Source: Methanobacteriota archaeon
GTDB taxonomy: Archaea; Thermoplasmatota; Thermoplasmata; RBG-16-68-12
Assembly: GCA_005878525.1 (NCBI GenBank)
Contig: VBMB01000135.1
Coordinates: 39-64,038 of the forward strand
Length of the DNA: 64,000 nt
Direction: 5' to 3'
The position numbers were made by a program, and so were the translations under genes. Positions 46,993 through 56,762 of this stretch are shown one piece after another (within the stretch, counting starts at the first letter, position 1; each line of letters opens with the position of its first letter). The notes beneath the pieces are model-generated. The model had not been told where the DNA came from. It did no database searches and saw nothing but the letters and a program-made list of their open reading frames with translations.

Positions 46993-47781
46993 ATGCCCTA
47001 CGCGGGCCAAGTCGACAAGACGATGGGGGCCGACACGGTCGGCCACCTGAAGCATCTCTTGGAGACGGAGCTCAAGCGGGCGCGGGAGGAAAGCCACCTG
47101 GACATCGCGATGTTCCTCGGGGTGGATGGCCGGATTTTCTCCTCCTCAATCCCGAACCAGCTCGATCCCCGCGAGTACCGGCTGTTGAATCTCCTGAAGG
47201 GCAGCCTGGCGCACATCTGCAGCCAACTCAGTGGGCAGAACATGATGATGTCCGTCCAGCAGTTCGAGGCGGGCACGATCATCATCTCGGGCGTCGGAGA
47301 CCGGGCCTTCCTGGTCTTTCTCACCTCGAAACCGGTCGAGATCACGAAAATGCAAACGATCCTCGCGAACGTCATGAAGACCTCGATCGTCGTCCGCCAT
47401 CTGTTCGAATCGAAGCCGATCACCCCGGAGGTCCTCGCTTCATACGACGAAGCCGTTGCCGGAGAACTGAAGCGACTCACGCGAATCCTGTTCGTCGAGA
47501 AATTCGGGGAGACGAAGGAGTTCAAGAAGAACAAGGAGATCGCGCAATACCTTCAGTCCAAGCTTGCCGCCCTCGTGGGTCCCGGCCTGCTCCAGGAGAT
47601 CGTCACGATGGCGTACAACGAGGTCGGGACAACCGCGCCGTACATGACGTCCGCGCACTGGGAACGGTTCCTGACGATGCTGCTCGATCGTCTCCGGGAG
47701 ATCGAAGGGGACGCGGTCGCTGCGAAAGCGGAGAAGGAATGGCGCGCGCACCTGAAGCAGGTGCTCAGCTCGTTCGTGTGA
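46993..47781 (+). CDS. Roadblock/LC7-like N-terminal domain protein with alpha-helical C-terminal domain
   Basis: The DIAMFLGVDGRIFSS and AGTIIISGVGDRAFLVFLTSKP segments resemble the Roadblock/LC7 fold. Start abuts the KaiC-like stop. Confidence 0.55.
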   Translation: MPYAGQVDKTMGADTVGHLKHLLETELKRAREESHLDIAMFLGVDGRIFSSSIPNQLDPREYRLLNLLKGSLAHICSQLSGQNMMMSVQQFEAGTIIISGVGDRAFLVFLTSKPVEITKMQTILANVMKTSIVVRHLFESKPITPEVLASYDEAVAGELKRLTRILFVEKFGETKEFKKNKEIAQYLQSKLAALVGPGLLQEIVTMAYNEVGTTAPYMTSAHWERFLTMLLDRLREIEGDAVAAKAEKEWRAHLKQVLSSFV

Positions 47782-47803
47782 TGTCCATGGACGGAGGTCA
47801 CCT

Positions 47804-48424
47804 TTGATCGACGTCGCGCTCGCCTCTCTCATCGAGGACATGATCGAGAAGGCCGGGGCCGACGGCGTCGTCGAGTTCTGGCAGCGGGTCGGGGACAACC
47901 TCGCGAGCCGCATGGGGAAGGAGGCATACCTCGGGTGGACGTCGTTCAACGTCGCCGTGCGCGAGGCCCGGACGGCCTTCAGCATCGAAGGCGAGGTGAC
48001 GCCGCTCACGGACATGGCCATCACGGATGTCGACGGGGACGTGGTCGGCTACTTGTACGCGATGCGGCAGTGCTGCTACGTCCCGACGATCTTCCGCACC
48101 CGGTTCGCGGTCGGCCGGATGAGCCCGGCGGACCAGGCCGTGACGGACGAGTACAACGAGAACGTCCACAACATCGCGGTCTGCAACTTCTGCGTGTTCC
48201 ACGAGCGGTTCCGGGAGGAGATCGCGAAGAACATCTCGGTGGCCGGCAACTCGCTCGCGTGCTTCCTGCTCGCCACGCGCGGCTGGAGCGGGGAGACGAA
48301 GATCTCCTCGAAGAACGTGGCCCAGGTGAACATCAACGAGGACCACATGCGCGCCCTCCTGCGGAACTACGAATGCGTGTACGCGCTCGTCATGCGCGGG
48401 GCGCGGATCAAGGGAGAGCGCTGA
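47804..48424 (+). CDS. Conserved hypothetical Cys/His-containing protein, paralog A (possibly V4R-like)
   Basis: TTG start. Shares the LIEDMIEK.G..G.......NLASRM.KE.YL.W.SF and C.F..H.RFRE patterns with the downstream paralog. Confidence 0.5.
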   Translation: MIDVALASLIEDMIEKAGADGVVEFWQRVGDNLASRMGKEAYLGWTSFNVAVREARTAFSIEGEVTPLTDMAITDVDGDVVGYLYAMRQCCYVPTIFRTRFAVGRMSPADQAVTDEYNENVHNIAVCNFCVFHERFREEIAKNISVAGNSLACFLLATRGWSGETKISSKNVAQVNINEDHMRALLRNYECVYALVMRGARIKGER

Positions 48425-48425
48425 G

Positions 48426-49037
48426 ATGGCGTTCGAATCTCGGATCCCGGAGAGCAATCCGTTCGTCGAGATCGCGACGCACCTGTTCCTGGAGGACATC
48501 GCGACGAAGGTCGGCATCGCGGGGCTCAACAACTACCTCGTGTCCCTAGCGAAGAACCTCGCGGCCTCGATGCCGAAGGAGGAGTATGCGAGCTGGTCGG
48601 AGTTCCTCTCCGCCCTGTCGACGGGCCAGTCGATCCTCTCGACCTTCGAGGAAGTCCGTCCGATCACGGAGCACTGCATGTCCACGTTTCGGTCCCCGTT
48701 CGAGCGCGGTTGGCGGGAGTACGCGAAGCGCGTCGGGGCGTTCGCGCCGGTCCACCGGGAGGTGGCGCGATACTACAATCACAAGGTCCGGCCCACGGCC
48801 GTCACGTCGATGCACGTCGTCCTGCATACGTTCCGGGAGGCGGCAGCGGCCCGCGTCCACGTGGGCCACGACGGCGTCCGCTACGAGCCGGTCGCCTCGG
48901 CCTGGGTCGACGGGGAGGTCCAGCTCCCGGAGGGTCCAAACCTCGAGTCGCTGTTGAAGCGCGCCGGCATCTCCCGCACGAAACTCGGGATGTTGATGCG
49001 GAACCACTCGGACGTCTGGCTCATCGAGCCCGCGTGA
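48426..49037 (+). CDS. Conserved hypothetical Cys/His-containing protein, paralog B
   Basis: FLEDIATKVG..G.......NLAASMPKEEYASWSEF and VVLHTFREA match paralog A; ATG 2 bp after the paralog A stop. Confidence 0.5.
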   Translation: MAFESRIPESNPFVEIATHLFLEDIATKVGIAGLNNYLVSLAKNLAASMPKEEYASWSEFLSALSTGQSILSTFEEVRPITEHCMSTFRSPFERGWREYAKRVGAFAPVHREVARYYNHKVRPTAVTSMHVVLHTFREAAAARVHVGHDGVRYEPVASAWVDGEVQLPEGPNLESLLKRAGISRTKLGMLMRNHSDVWLIEPA

Positions 49038-49760
49038 CTAGGCGCGCTTCCTCCGTCGGAGAGCGATGGTCAGGAACATGACGGGCACGAAGACGCCGAT
49101 CCCGATCAGGACCGTCCAGGCCGTACTCAGCGGCGCCGTGCCGCGGTAGAACAGGCTCGTGACGACCGTCTCGCCTTTCGCAGGGTCGATGATGCCGTTC
49201 CCATCCAGGTCGGCTTCCACGCGGATCTGATGGGTCCCCGGTTGGAGTCCGGAAGGCAGGTAGTTGAACGTCTCCGTGACTTGGGCTCCAGGATTGAGTC
49301 GCGCGATCTTCCGGGTGCCGGCCAGCGCGCCGTCGACGTAGAACCGTACGGTTACGTTCACCGCCGCAGTAGTCCCGTCGTTGCGGAACGTGGCGCTCAG
49401 GACGATGGGCGTGATGATGCTGATCGGCTTCTCCGCGGTCGTATTCTCGTACGTCGAGCCGGCTAGGGACGCGATCTGGACCACGAGGCTCACCGTCCCC
49501 TCGGCAGACGGCGCGGTGACGTTCAAGGTGAAGCTGGTCCGGTTGCCGGTCGTCGTGCTCGGATTCGCGGCGTTCGGTAGGCCGCCCGCGATGTTGGCCC
49601 CGGTAAGGTGCCATCGGACCGTGTACGTGACCGCCACGGTCGGCCCGCCGTTGATTGTGAGGTTGTACGCGCTCACCTGACTCGGTGCCAAGGCGTTCGG
49701 TCCCGTGATCGTCCCGAAGATGGGCCCCTGGGCGGCCGCGGGCGCGAGGACGAGGGCGAA
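49038..49760 (-). CDS. CARDB-like cell-surface protein with C-terminal TM anchor plus RRRKRA; a frameshift disrupts the 5' end
   Basis: A signal peptide (AGPIALAILAAVFALVLAPAAAQG) is encoded in frame upstream of the listed TTG but has no canonical start. ATG 49754..49752 (MNDAK) is offset by +1. Confidence 0.5.
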   Translation of the reverse strand, partial: FALVLAPAAAQGPIFGTITGPNALAPSQVSAYNLTINGGPTVAVTYTVRWHLTGANIAGGLPNAANPSTTTGNRTSFTLNVTAPSAEGTVSLVVQIASLAGSTYENTTAEKPISIITPIVLSATFRNDGTTAAVNVTVRFYVDGALAGTRKIARLNPGAQVTETFNYLPSGLQPGTHQIRVEADLDGNGIIDPAKGETVVTSLFYRGTAPLSTAWTVLIGIGVFVPVMFLTIALRRRKRA

Positions 49761-49808
49761 GACCGCCGCGAGGATCGCCAGGGCGATCGGTCCAGCGTTT
49801 CGCGTCGT

Positions 49809-52800
49809 TCATCGCCTCCGACGCGCGAGGACGAGCCCGACCCCGACGGCCGCGATCGCGCCGACGACGACGGCGATGAGCGGCAGGTTCAGCGGCGCCG
49901 ACGGCGTGATGTCGGGCCCGCTCACGGTCGCGCCAGGGGAAGCCAGGACCGGGAGTTGAAGGGTGAACGTCTTCGACGCCGAGACAGACATCGAGTCCTG
50001 CACCGTCACCGCGAGGGCGACAGACGCCCCGCTCGGCCCGCCGGTGGACTGGGCCCGTAGGCCCACCTTGACCGTGCTCGTGGCCTCGACGGTGAGGTTC
50101 GCGAGAGTCGCTCCGACCGCAGATCCTCCGCTGCGGACGAGGCTCACGGACCAGCCGAACGCCGCGAGGTCGTCGGGATTCGTGATCGCCAAGGTGACTG
50201 TCTCGCGCGCATTGCCGGAGTTCGTCACGAGGAGTGTGTAGTTCAGGATTCGCCCGTCGAAGACAGGCGCCGCGGTGTCGAGGGCGAGGCTCAGGCCGCG
50301 CACGCGCAGGATGTCCACCTGGACGTCGACGCTCCCGAGGTTCGTGCCGTCCGTCTCCGACGTCGCGACGATTTTGATGGTGCCGTGATCGACGAGCGCG
50401 TTCGCCGGGCTCTGGATCGTGACCTGGACGGAGGCGCTGCTCGCGGCGTTGCCGAAGCTCAGGGAGACCGAGCCCGGCGCGAACGTGAACTGCCAATCCC
50501 CCGGCTGCCCCGCGAAGGCGAAATTCTCGGCGACGTTCCCCGTGTTGCGTGCGACGATCGCATAGGACACGGAGTCGCCGGCCACGATCGTCCGGCGCTG
50601 GGCCGGATCCCACGTCAGCGTAGCGGACCGGCTGACGACCTTGGTGAGCGCGACGTTCGCAATCGTGTCGGCGCTGAGGACGACGGACAGCGTCGCGCGG
50701 TAGACGACCGGAAGGCCGTTCTCCGTCGCCGACGTCGACGCCGAGATCGTGTACACCCCCGCGGGGAGGAGCACTTGGAACGCCCCGCTCGCGTCCGAAG
50801 TCGTGTCGAGTTCCGCCCCGGACTGGATCGTGACGGGGATCGACACCGGTGCACCCGAGGGATTCCGGACGGTGCCGGACAAGAGGAATCCTTGCGCCAG
50901 GGGCAGGTCCCGCGCGAACGACGCCGCGTGGGGCACCGTGATGCGCGCGAGGAAGACGGAGCTTCCGAACGACCGCGTCACGTAGACGTCGTACGTTCCC
51001 GGTGCCAGGGGGACGGTATAGGAACCGCTCGAGTCCGAGGTCGCTTGGGCCGAGATCGCGCCGCCCCCGCGACCGGTGAGCGTGATGATTGCGGAGATCC
51101 CCGTGCCGGCGAGGGTCGCCATGCCCGAGACCGTCGTGTTGTCGAAGGTCCGCGTGACCGCCAGGTCCAGGCTCAACGACGTTTGGCCTGGGGTGACGGT
51201 CGCGGTGCCGGCGAAGGAATATCGATAGAAACGGGACACGCCGCCTTCCGTGGCGTTGTTCGTCCCCGTCAACGTCACAGTGTAGTTCCCCGGGACGAGG
51301 AACGAGGTGTATGCGCCGAAGGCATCCGTCGACACGGATAGCGAACCGCCCTCGTTGCGGACGAACGACACGGGCATGGGTCCGGGGACCGCGACGCCGT
51401 TGACGAGGGCCCTCCCGGAGACCGTCGTCGCCTTCGTGAGCGGGAAGCTGAGGTTCGTCGCGGACGGAATCGCCGCCATCGACATGAACGCATACTCATC
51501 GGCTCCGATCATCTCGCTTCCTGTGACGGCGTACGACCCGGGGATCAGGTAGACCTCGAATCCAGTCGCCGTCGCGTTCACCGCCCGGCGGTCCGGGCCA
51601 TCGAACGTGAGGGCCGCGGCCCGGGCCGTCCTGTTCAGCGTCAAGTTCCCGACGACGAGGTTCCGCACGACGATGTTGATGTCGTACGGCAGCGTGCCTT
51701 CGCCGACCGCCGCGACGATCCGGTCCGTGCCTTGGTTCTGGTACCGCATGGCCCGCGTCGACGAGACGTTCTCGTCCACGACGAGCGCGTACGTCCCCGG
51801 GACGAGGCCGAAACCGTAGCCGCCGTTCGAATCCGTCTGGGTCGCGCTGCCGACCGCGCCGTTCCCGAGGGGAACCGCGGTGACGGTCACCGGGTGGCTG
51901 AGGACCGCCGATCCGTTCACGAGGACGCTCCCTTGGACTTGGACGGGGACCGGGGTGAGGGCGATCGGCATCAGCGTACGGAGTTGAATCGGGGACGAGG
52001 ATCCGATGGGTCGGTCGGCAAACCCGGCCGCCGTCACGAGTCCTGAGTACGTCCGGTTGGCAAACAGCGGGATCCGGAACTCGCCGGTCCCGTTCGTCGT
52101 GAAGACGATGTGTGCGGCGCGGTCGTCCGTCAGGCCGACGCGAGCCCCGGCGATCGCCTCGCCCGGATTGACCCCGCTATTCCGGTTCACGTCGCGGTAG
52201 ACCGTCCATCCGACCGTTTCCGATGTGGCGAGGAGCGCGATGTTGAGGCGAGTCGTCCCCGCGAAGGTGACGCTCGCGAAGTAGGCGCCTGCCTGGTTGA
52301 ACGCCTCGAGGTCGTACGTCCCGACCGGGAGGAATGTGAAGTACCCTCCGGCCGTGTCGGTCTGGAGCCACACCTGGCCGGCCGCGTTCGCGAGGGCCAC
52401 CGTCGCCCGCGGATTCCGGACCGCGGGGTTCGCATCGCTCACGGTGCCGCTCAGCCGGACGCCTTGCACGAACATCGCGTCGAACGATGTCGTGCTCCCA
52501 CGAGCCACGACGACCCGACCCAACGCCGCGTACAAGAGATTCGACGCATAGAAGCGTCCGCTGACGAACCACTCCCCCGCCGGGAGTCGGATTGAGTACC
52601 GCGCGTTCGCATCGGACGTCGTCTGGCGGACCGTCCGCGGCTCCGATGCGGACTGGAAGCTCAGGGTCGCGAACGGCTGCGCCGTGCCGAACAACGTTGT
52701 GGTGCCGGAGACCGTCCCCACGGGCAGAAGCGTGATGTTCAGCGACTGGTCCGCATTCGCGGCGCGGATGCGCGTCGGGATCGACGCGAGGTCTCCATCC

Positions 52801-55800
52801 GTCGCCGTGAGCGTGTAGTTCCCCGCAAGGAGCGGACGCACTAGGAACGAGCCGTCTGCTGCCGAAGTGACCGGGATGATCGTGGAGTTCGTTTCATCGA
52901 GGAATTCCATCTGAGCCAACGGCTCGATCCCGCCAAGACTCGAGACGGTGAATCCGCGGACCGCTGTATACGGCACGGCGATCCCTTGGGTCGCGTCGGT
53001 CTGCGTGATCGTCAGGGTCGCGGCGGTCAACGTGCGTCCGTTCAACCCGATCGACACGCGATACGAGCCTTCGGGCAGACCCGCGACCGTGTAGGTCCCG
53101 TCGGTCGCCGACGTCGCGGAGCGGCTGTAGCCGAACAATGCATGCGTGAGCGTGATGGTGGCGCCGGGCGCGGAGATGTCCGCCGCCCCGAACGAGCCGT
53201 CTCGGTTCAGGTCGAAGAAGACGGTGCCTTGGGCGGTGTGTGACGCCACGTGGAAGTCCCGCGTGATCATCCAGTCGGGAACCCCGTCCCCGTTTGCGTC
53301 GGCGGGGGCACGGTTTGCTTGGTCGATCGTCACCGGGAGGGTCACGGACGCCAGGGACCGCGCGCCGACCAGGGTCGTCCGGGTCAAGTTGCCGATCGAC
53401 GCGGTGATCGTCACGTTCCCGAAGGGGACGATCGCGGTGTAATGGCCTTGCGCGTCGCTCTGCGTGACGTAGTGCGGCGTGCCGAGTTCGTCCGTCACCG
53501 TGACCCAGACGTGGGGGAGCGGCGTCGAGCCAGCATAGACGGTCCCGCTCACGACCGCGCCGTCGTAGTATCGCAGGAACACGACCCCGTTCGCGACCGT
53601 GGACTGCGTGCTCAGGTCGACGACTCCTTTGAGGGTCCCGGCCTGGATGGCGGACTGCATCCGCTGCGCTTGGTCGAAGTTCATCGCCCGCCACGCGGTC
53701 GTGTGGTTCGCCGGATCGGGGAACGGATTGTAGTACGCGGTCCGGTACACGACCCGCCAGTGGGTAAGGTTCCATGCGGGGACCGGCGGGTTGGCCTGAA
53801 GGGCCTGGCTGAAGCCCGGGACGCCGGTGTCGGTCGAATTGAGGTCCTTCGGCGAATAGCCGATGTAGGCCCGGTAGAACATCGAGTTGTAGAACGCGGC
53901 TTGGTACTGGATCGTCTGGCTCTGGATCTGGTCTCCTGGGGCCACGAACTGGATCGGGATGTTCGAGCCGCGGTTCGTCGTCGCGAGGATCTGGAAGAAT
54001 TCGAACGGCAGGACGCGGCCGTCCGGAAGGTTCAGGACGCGGTGGTCCGACAGCTTCGCGGGCGCATAGAAGATCCCCGTGTTCGAGGCGCTGATCGGGA
54101 ACAGCCGCGCGTCGACCGCGAAGTAGCCGATGTCCCAGCCCGTCGCGGCTCGGACGTCGTGGTACAACGAGACGATGCGGTCCTCGCTCATCCGGCGGGT
54201 GAGGAGGCTCGTCAGGAAAATGAACTGGGCGTTGAGCGGTTGGAGATCCGGCGCCCACAATCCGAACGTGACCGGGTCGGCGAGGACGACCGAGATGTAA
54301 TCCGGGGGTCGCGCGAAGACGCTCCGGATCGTCTCGACAGGAAGGCCCGCGTCCAGGAGGACCGCCTTCACCGCGGGCCGGAAGTCCCGATGGTGCGTGA
54401 CGAAGTCCCCTTCCAAGAGTCGAATCGTGAGGAGGGCGATCCCGGCCGTTTCGTTCTGCGCCGTGATGAACTGGCCGGCGATCGCCACGCCGTCCTGGAA
54501 GTTGTCTGCCACGGTCGGGTGGGCTCCGCGGTCGACGGCTTCGAAGCCATAGTCCCACCACGAGAGGTACGCCGGGCGGAGCTCCGGAGGCGTATTCGAA
54601 TCCTGGGTCGCGAACCACTGCCAAGCTGCCGGATAGTAGTCGGTCGGCTTGGGGACGCTGTAGCCAAACGCCCCGAAATAGAACGGCGACCCGCTGCTCG
54701 GACTATAGCCCGGGGACCGCAGGAACGAGGGCAGGAGATTCGCGACCTGCTGATCGTACTGGGTCTTGAGCTCGAAGGGGATCGAGGCGTCGACGGCCCA
54801 CCAGACGTTGGGGAGGACGACCAGGAACACGATTCCGAGGACCACGAGGACGTGACGCGGCTTGAGCGATTTTCGGACCGCATTCCGCCAGCTGCCGGCC
54901 GCGAGCGAACGGTAGGTGCGCCGCATCGTCGTGAAGTCTGCGCGGACGAGGACCTGATCGATCGCGTACCCCGCGCTGATCGCGAACGCGGGCGAGGCGT
55001 TGAAGATGAACCGCGCGGCCGTGATCGCCATGAAGATCGCGGCGAAGGCCCAGACGACGACGAGGCTGTACGCGGGCTCCCGGCGCCGCGGGATCTGCCA
55101 GAGCAGGTACGCGACCGCGAGGAGGCTCATGCCGAACGTGAACAGGCCGAAGGACAGGATCATCTGCGACATGCCGGGGGACTGGTCCTCCGCGATGGTC
55201 GTGACGACCTTCGTCTGGACAAAGTATCCCGCGCCGGTGAAGAACGCGCTCGCCAGCGTCGGGTTGACGAGGACGCCGATCCCGAGGCCGACGGCTCCGG
55301 CGACCAGGGTGCTCGGGATCACGAGCGTCCACGGGTAGTCCCGGGTGACCGTGAAGGCGAGGCCGAGCACGAACGCCGCGAAGAACAGGTAGGCTGGCAC
55401 GTCGAACCACACGCGGATCTGCGCGCGGACGAAGTACCACTGAAAGGCAAGGGCGAGGGGGGTCGCGAGGGCGAGGGTGAACAGGATCCACGTCCCCATC
55501 GTGTCGTCGTTCCGGAAGCGGGCGAGGAACAGCTCGACCGCGAACCAGACGATCAGGATCACGCTGACATAGGCCCAGCCTTGCCAAGCGAGGGCGATGA
55601 CCGCGACGCACAGCCCGGCGAGGAGTGCGTACAGGACGCTGTTCCGGTTCTCCCGGAAAAAGCCGCGCAGGCCCGACGTGATCGAATCCCGTCGAAACCA
55701 ATTCTCGACCCATCGCTTGCGGTTCATCGTCTTCAGCGCGCGGAGGAAGAAATAGAACGTCGAGACGACGAAGAACAGCGTGAAGGCGTCGTGGTCCGCA

Positions 55801-56312
55801 TCCGTCGAGGCGCTCCGCTGGAGATGCCCGACACTGATCGCGAGCAACAGCGCGGCGACGAGCCCGGCCCGCCGGCCGAACGCCTCCTTGGCGAGGGCGT
55901 ACGTCGGGAAGACCGTCAGGGCGCCGAAGAGGCCCGTGCTCAGCAAGAACGTGAACATGACCGCCTTCCAGGCGTCCCCGAACAACGGCGCGAAGAGCCG
56001 ACCGACGAGGAGGGAGAACCACGGGAAGAGCGGCGGTCGCGGATTCGGCAGGGTGAACGGATAGCTCAGCATCGGGTCCGTGCCCAGGTCCTTGCCGGTC
56101 TGGAAGGAATAGCATAAGGCGCGGTGCCAGTAGTACGAGTCCGAGCCGCCGGACACGGGCAGCGTGTAGATCGTGTCGCAGTTCACGTTCGGTTGGTTGA
56201 AGGCGAGGCCGGCGACGAAGTAGACGCGGAGGAACAGGGCGACGCCGAAGATCAACACGAGGACCGCGGCGGTCCGCCAGTGCGTGCGGAGCCAGCCTTT
56301 CCCATCGTCCAA
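49809..56312 (-). CDS. aglB: Oligosaccharyltransferase AglB/STT3 fused to an approximately 1300-aa sequon-rich beta-repeat surface region with C-terminal TM anchor plus RRRR
   Basis: 13 TM N-terminal domain; the WWDYG motif is present; this is followed by a long Thr/Ser/Gly/Val-rich repeat region with dozens of N-x-S/T sites; it ends with IAVVVGAIAAVGVGLVLARRRR. Confidence 0.8.
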   Translation of the reverse strand: MDDGKGWLRTHWRTAAVLVLIFGVALFLRVYFVAGLAFNQPNVNCDTIYTLPVSGGSDSYYWHRALCYSFQTGKDLGTDPMLSYPFTLPNPRPPLFPWFSLLVGRLFAPLFGDAWKAVMFTFLLSTGLFGALTVFPTYALAKEAFGRRAGLVAALLLAISVGHLQRSASTDADHDAFTLFFVVSTFYFFLRALKTMNRKRWVENWFRRDSITSGLRGFFRENRNSVLYALLAGLCVAVIALAWQGWAYVSVILIVWFAVELFLARFRNDDTMGTWILFTLALATPLALAFQWYFVRAQIRVWFDVPAYLFFAAFVLGLAFTVTRDYPWTLVIPSTLVAGAVGLGIGVLVNPTLASAFFTGAGYFVQTKVVTTIAEDQSPGMSQMILSFGLFTFGMSLLAVAYLLWQIPRRREPAYSLVVVWAFAAIFMAITAARFIFNASPAFAISAGYAIDQVLVRADFTTMRRTYRSLAAGSWRNAVRKSLKPRHVLVVLGIVFLVVLPNVWWAVDASIPFELKTQYDQQVANLLPSFLRSPGYSPSSGSPFYFGAFGYSVPKPTDYYPAAWQWFATQDSNTPPELRPAYLSWWDYGFEAVDRGAHPTVADNFQDGVAIAGQFITAQNETAGIALLTIRLLEGDFVTHHRDFRPAVKAVLLDAGLPVETIRSVFARPPDYISVVLADPVTFGLWAPDLQPLNAQFIFLTSLLTRRMSEDRIVSLYHDVRAATGWDIGYFAVDARLFPISASNTGIFYAPAKLSDHRVLNLPDGRVLPFEFFQILATTNRGSNIPIQFVAPGDQIQSQTIQYQAAFYNSMFYRAYIGYSPKDLNSTDTGVPGFSQALQANPPVPAWNLTHWRVVYRTAYYNPFPDPANHTTAWRAMNFDQAQRMQSAIQAGTLKGVVDLSTQSTVANGVVFLRYYDGAVVSGTVYAGSTPLPHVWVTVTDELGTPHYVTQSDAQGHYTAIVPFGNVTITASIGNLTRTTLVGARSLASVTLPVTIDQANRAPADANGDGVPDWMITRDFHVASHTAQGTVFFDLNRDGSFGAADISAPGATITLTHALFGYSRSATSATDGTYTVAGLPEGSYRVSIGLNGRTLTAATLTITQTDATQGIAVPYTAVRGFTVSSLGGIEPLAQMEFLDETNSTIIPVTSAADGSFLVRPLLAGNYTLTATDGDLASIPTRIRAANADQSLNITLLPVGTVSGTTTLFGTAQPFATLSFQSASEPRTVRQTTSDANARYSIRLPAGEWFVSGRFYASNLLYAALGRVVVARGSTTSFDAMFVQGVRLSGTVSDANPAVRNPRATVALANAAGQVWLQTDTAGGYFTFLPVGTYDLEAFNQAGAYFASVTFAGTTRLNIALLATSETVGWTVYRDVNRNSGVNPGEAIAGARVGLTDDRAAHIVFTTNGTGEFRIPLFANRTYSGLVTAAGFADRPIGSSSPIQLRTLMPIALTPVPVQVQGSVLVNGSAVLSHPVTVTAVPLGNGAVGSATQTDSNGGYGFGLVPGTYALVVDENVSSTRAMRYQNQGTDRIVAAVGEGTLPYDINIVVRNLVVGNLTLNRTARAAALTFDGPDRRAVNATATGFEVYLIPGSYAVTGSEMIGADEYAFMSMAAIPSATNLSFPLTKATTVSGRALVNGVAVPGPMPVSFVRNEGGSLSVSTDAFGAYTSFLVPGNYTVTLTGTNNATEGGVSRFYRYSFAGTATVTPGQTSLSLDLAVTRTFDNTTVSGMATLAGTGISAIITLTGRGGGAISAQATSDSSGSYTVPLAPGTYDVYVTRSFGSSVFLARITVPHAASFARDLPLAQGFLLSGTVRNPSGAPVSIPVTIQSGAELDTTSDASGAFQVLLPAGVYTISASTSATENGLPVVYRATLSVVLSADTIANVALTKVVSRSATLTWDPAQRRTIVAGDSVSYAIVARNTGNVAENFAFAGQPGDWQFTFAPGSVSLSFGNAASSASVQVTIQSPANALVDHGTIKIVATSETDGTNLGSVDVQVDILRVRGLSLALDTAAPVFDGRILNYTLLVTNSGNARETVTLAITNPDDLAAFGWSVSLVRSGGSAVGATLANLTVEATSTVKVGLRAQSTGGPSGASVALAVTVQDSMSVSASKTFTLQLPVLASPGATVSGPDITPSAPLNLPLIAVVVGAIAAVGVGLVLARRRR

Positions 56313-56353
56313 GACTCGACAAACCTCCGGGAGGTTGCGCCCATGAGGGAACG

Positions 56354-56363
56354 CCTATATAGG
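56354..56363 (-). promoter_or_regulatory. Palindromic TATA box CCTATATAGG about 45 bp upstream of the aglB ATG
   Basis: Read directly from the sequence. Confidence 0.4.
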
Positions 56364-56489
56364 CATTGTCGGAATTCTCGGAGGGCGCAGTCCTCCCGAT
56401 GGAACGCGCCGACAAGAGGCTTTTGGAACGGCCCTCGGACGTACGGGCGCGCGATGGGCTTAAGTCGGACGCTCACGTTCCCGCGAGGG

Positions 56490-56657
56490 ATGAAGCGAGA
56501 CCTCATGGAGATCCTGTGCTGCCCCGTGTGCAAAGGGCCCCGGACTTCAAATGAGGCGCGGGATGCCCGGTGCACATCAGGGGCGCCAGCACCAATCCGG
56601 GTTTTCGTGAGAGGACGTTCGTCGATTGGTCGAGCAACTGGCCGTGTCCGTTTGTAA
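56490..56657 (+). CDS. Trm112-like small zinc-ribbon protein (55 aa)
   Basis: The N-terminus MKRDLMEILCCPVCKGP matches the Trm112 family; the C-terminal half is diverged. The listed ORF 56124..56657 has a spurious 5' extension. Confidence 0.4.
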   Translation: MKRDLMEILCCPVCKGPRTSNEARDARCTSGAPAPIRVFVRGRSSIGRATGRVRL

Positions 56658-56762
56658 CCCTAACCGTCAAATACGGGAGGCGTTCGTGGGAGCGGACGCT
56701 CATCGCATGACCAAGCCTAGGCCGAGAAAGACGAACGGAGACCAGAGGCCGGGGGTTACGGG

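Noticed and set aside
49809-56312. Possibility that the giant ORF is two genes (aglB plus S-layer protein) fused by an assembly error
   Set aside because: Not rejected outright. The indel errors suspected elsewhere in the window would normally break an ORF rather than create one, so the continuous 6.5-kb frame is kept as a single gene pending read-level verification.
56366-56554. 62-aa ORF upstream of the Trm112-like gene
   Set aside because: It overlaps the aglB promoter region and the Trm112-like start in another frame, has Arg/Asp-rich composition and no features.
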